Virus record (IMG/VR): IMGVR_UViG_3300031784_000011
Coordinates: 64,001-128,000 of that record
Reading direction: 5' to 3' (one strand)
From: a virus
Taxonomy: Duplodnaviria; Heunggongvirae; Uroviricota; Caudoviricetes
Length of the DNA: 64,000 nucleotides
This document shows, piece after piece, positions 61,989 to 64,000 of the stretch. The position numbers and the translations under genes are program-made. The notes under the pieces were generated by a model that saw nothing but the letters and a program-made list of their open reading frames with translations, was not told the DNA's origin and did no database searches. Position 1 is the stretch's first letter, and each line of letters starts with the position of its first letter.

Positions 61989-63944
61989 TTAATTAAATTG
62001 AGGTGGTAAGGTAAAAGATGTGTAATCTAAATCCGATGGTATAAAACTTTGAGACATATCATTAGCCAATGATGGACTATTATTAATCGCCCTAACAACA
62101 TTATCAACAACGGCTCCGTCTGATTTAACAGTATGTGTATGGTTAACATTTACTGTTGAAGTTGTTGGTGTGGTAGATGATTCTTTTCCTTTTAATCTGT
62201 TCTCTAAATCAGATTCACTCACACCCATACTTTTAGCAACTAAAGCTTTAGCAGGTGCAACCGCTTCGCTAACCATTTTGGAAAATAAACCTTCGTCTGT
62301 TTTTTGTAAACCACCTAAACTTGTCTTTTCTTTTAAATTTCTAGATAATTCTAAACCTTCAATGTATTTGTCAAACTCAGCCAGAGGTTTTCTTATTTCT
62401 GCGGCGGCTTGTACTTTAGCAACCGTCAATAACGCACTTATGTCTTTTTGCATATTTTGAGTTACCGTGTATTGGTCTCTCGCAATATCCTCAACAGACA
62501 TTTCTTCAAACGCTTTTTGATTCTCCAATAACCCTTTTGCAATCGTAGGATTTAGTTCATCCAAAGCGACTTTGGTATCTTTTAATCCCATCTTATCTGC
62601 TAAAGATTGAGGAATATCTATAACCATTCTACCACCTTCCATTTTGGAGATATTGGTTAAGAATTCTTTTTCTTTTTCATCTATTTGTAAACCTGAGGAT
62701 AATAACGCGGTAGCCGCCGATGACCTTTCCGCAGCTTTAATTGCGGTTTTGGACATTTCCTCCATACTCATACCCATTTGGTCAGCTAAAGCTTTAGATT
62801 TTCTTAAGTTTGCACCTGTAATTTCAAATCTACCTAATTCGGAATTATATGTCGCTAATGAACCCGCAACACCTATCATCGCATCTTGTAGACCACCGGC
62901 ATCATTTGTTGCCATATACATTAGTTTCAATGGGTCGTTGAAATCTCCAATCGCTCCACCTATAGCTTGTAATTCTGCGGACAACGCAATTGCTTGGTCG
63001 GGGTCAAAAAGTTTCTCCGCCATTGATTTAACCTTTTCAATGTTCATGTTAAATTCAATAGACTTCTGAACCATTCTGGTTAATCCCTCAACACCATTTT
63101 TAAATCCAATAGTGTTTAATTTGTCCATATTAGCACCAACATCTGCTACCACCTTTCTCGCGTTTAAACCAAGAGTTAATGAACTTTTACCCGCCCTGTC
63201 AATTTCTTTGATTGCGTCTTTTGCTCCAATACCTACTTTTTCAAACGAATCCAGTGCAGCTCCCAATTTAGATAAATCACCGTAAAAAGCTCTAGCGGTT
63301 TTTTGTGATTCTTGTAAAACATCACTACCAAATGTTGTCATCTTACCTGTTTGTTCAACCATTTGTACCGCATAATCTTTTACATCCTCAAATCCAAATC
63401 CCATAGCGGTAGCGGCTGGTAATGTTTCAAATATATTGTTTCTAAATTCTCTTGATAATTCACCTGTTAATCCAAGTTCAGAATTAATTTTATTTCTTAA
63501 CTCTACTTCTTGTGTTTGTATTTTTATTAATTCATCACCAAGAAAAGATACCATCTCTTTGGCGCCTTTAACACCTAATTGAACCATAAAATCAGGTAGA
63601 TTTTTTGATTCTCTTGCAATTTTACCTATTGTTTCAGATATGGTACTAAATTGGAATACAGTATCTTTTGATAATGATAATGATGAAACGGGGTTTGAAT
63701 ACCCTAAGTCCGCAATATTTTGAGTTTTAAGTAGGTCTGTAGCAAAAGCGGCTGTTTTACTACCACCACTTCCTGTATTTCCTCCACTTGATGGTTCTTT
63801 TTGATTATAAAATGACCAATAAGTATCTACTTGACCCATTAAAGAACTGTTATTCTTCACGGATTCAAATTTCAAGAACTCGTTTTTGAATTGAGTATAA
63901 TTTAAACCTGCTCTTAATTTGGATACTTCTTCGTTAATTGTCAT
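61989..63944 (-). CDS. Tape-measure-like protein (651 aa)
   Basis: Ala/Gly/Lys/Glu-rich helical sequence immediately upstream of the tube-initiator, gp53 and hub genes. Confidence 0.65.
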   Translation of the reverse strand: MTINEEVSKLRAGLNYTQFKNEFLKFESVKNNSSLMGQVDTYWSFYNQKEPSSGGNTGSGGSKTAAFATDLLKTQNIADLGYSNPVSSLSLSKDTVFQFSTISETIGKIARESKNLPDFMVQLGVKGAKEMVSFLGDELIKIQTQEVELRNKINSELGLTGELSREFRNNIFETLPAATAMGFGFEDVKDYAVQMVEQTGKMTTFGSDVLQESQKTARAFYGDLSKLGAALDSFEKVGIGAKDAIKEIDRAGKSSLTLGLNARKVVADVGANMDKLNTIGFKNGVEGLTRMVQKSIEFNMNIEKVKSMAEKLFDPDQAIALSAELQAIGGAIGDFNDPLKLMYMATNDAGGLQDAMIGVAGSLATYNSELGRFEITGANLRKSKALADQMGMSMEEMSKTAIKAAERSSAATALLSSGLQIDEKEKEFLTNISKMEGGRMVIDIPQSLADKMGLKDTKVALDELNPTIAKGLLENQKAFEEMSVEDIARDQYTVTQNMQKDISALLTVAKVQAAAEIRKPLAEFDKYIEGLELSRNLKEKTSLGGLQKTDEGLFSKMVSEAVAPAKALVAKSMGVSESDLENRLKGKESSTTPTTSTVNVNHTHTVKSDGAVVDNVVRAINNSPSLANDMSQSFIPSDLDYTSFTLPPQFN

Positions 63945-63948
63945 ATCA

Positions 63949-63955
63949 ATAAATA
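63949..63955 (-). promoter_or_regulatory. TATTTAT putative late-promoter motif
   Basis: 4 nt upstream of ATG 63944. Confidence 0.55.
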
Positions 63956-64000
63956 TTATTTAGGAGTGTTTTCTAATTCAATAATGTACTCCACGTAATA
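63956..64000 (-). CDS. 3' end of an upstream gene (…YYVEYIIELENTPK*), possibly a tail assembly chaperone
   Basis: Open frame from the window edge to TAA at 63958-63956; its position before the tape measure gene is typical of chaperones. Confidence 0.45.
   Translation of the reverse strand, partial: YYVEYIIELENTPK

Noticed and set aside
27939-62460. Short alternative-frame or plus-strand ORFs (60-190 aa) overlapping the main genes
   Set aside because: They lie wholly inside well-supported minus-strand genes and have no recognisable motifs.
38754-63944. Baseplate genes considered as an eCIS/T6SS/tailocin locus, or the region as a eukaryotic giant virus
   Set aside because: gp32-like SSB, gp41-like helicase, UvsX/RecA, RNR and a RuvC-like gene are interleaved on the same strand, and no eCIS ATPase or NCLDV hallmark gene is visible.
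1-64000. Active stop-codon reassignment, DGR, tRNA or rRNA genes
   Set aside because: Genes are intact under code 11. I saw no reverse transcriptase or adenine-specific TR/VR pair and no cloverleaf, and the intergenic gaps are too short for rRNA. A tRNAscan run was not possible.

Overview
64 kb from a large (jumbo-type) AT-rich myovirus-like dsDNA phage. All supportable genes are on the minus strand. In transcription order (right to left) the window holds: (1) the end of a small gene, then a tape-measure-like protein, a 1611-aa tube-initiator-like protein with an OmpA-like insert, a gp53/LysM-like protein and a 2007-aa hub-like protein; (2) two small hypotheticals and a ferritin/Dps-like protein; (3) a replication block (gp32-like SSB, RecA/UvsX, 5'-3' exonuclease, hypothetical, DnaB/gp41-like helicase, nrdB, nrdA); (4) gp25- and gp6-like baseplate wedge genes, five probable virion proteins and a gp7/gpI-like wedge; (5) a 23 kb cluster of Thr/Pro-rich, Cys-module proteins, including a 5472-aa protein with about 4750 residues of near-strict Thr-X alternation; (6) a DUF3751-like fibre-anchor protein and the start of a RuvC-like resolvase. 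The best candidate for an undescribed system is the mucin-like fibre cluster built from shuffled Cys modules, together with an [ST]-G-x-T motif enriched in structural proteins. Regulatory patterns: TATTTAT precedes ten probable late genes, sigma70-like promoters precede the giant gene, SSB and RuvC, and a hairpin can hide the RuvC start codon. All family assignments are from motif recognition by eye. No searches were run and all counts are hand counts.
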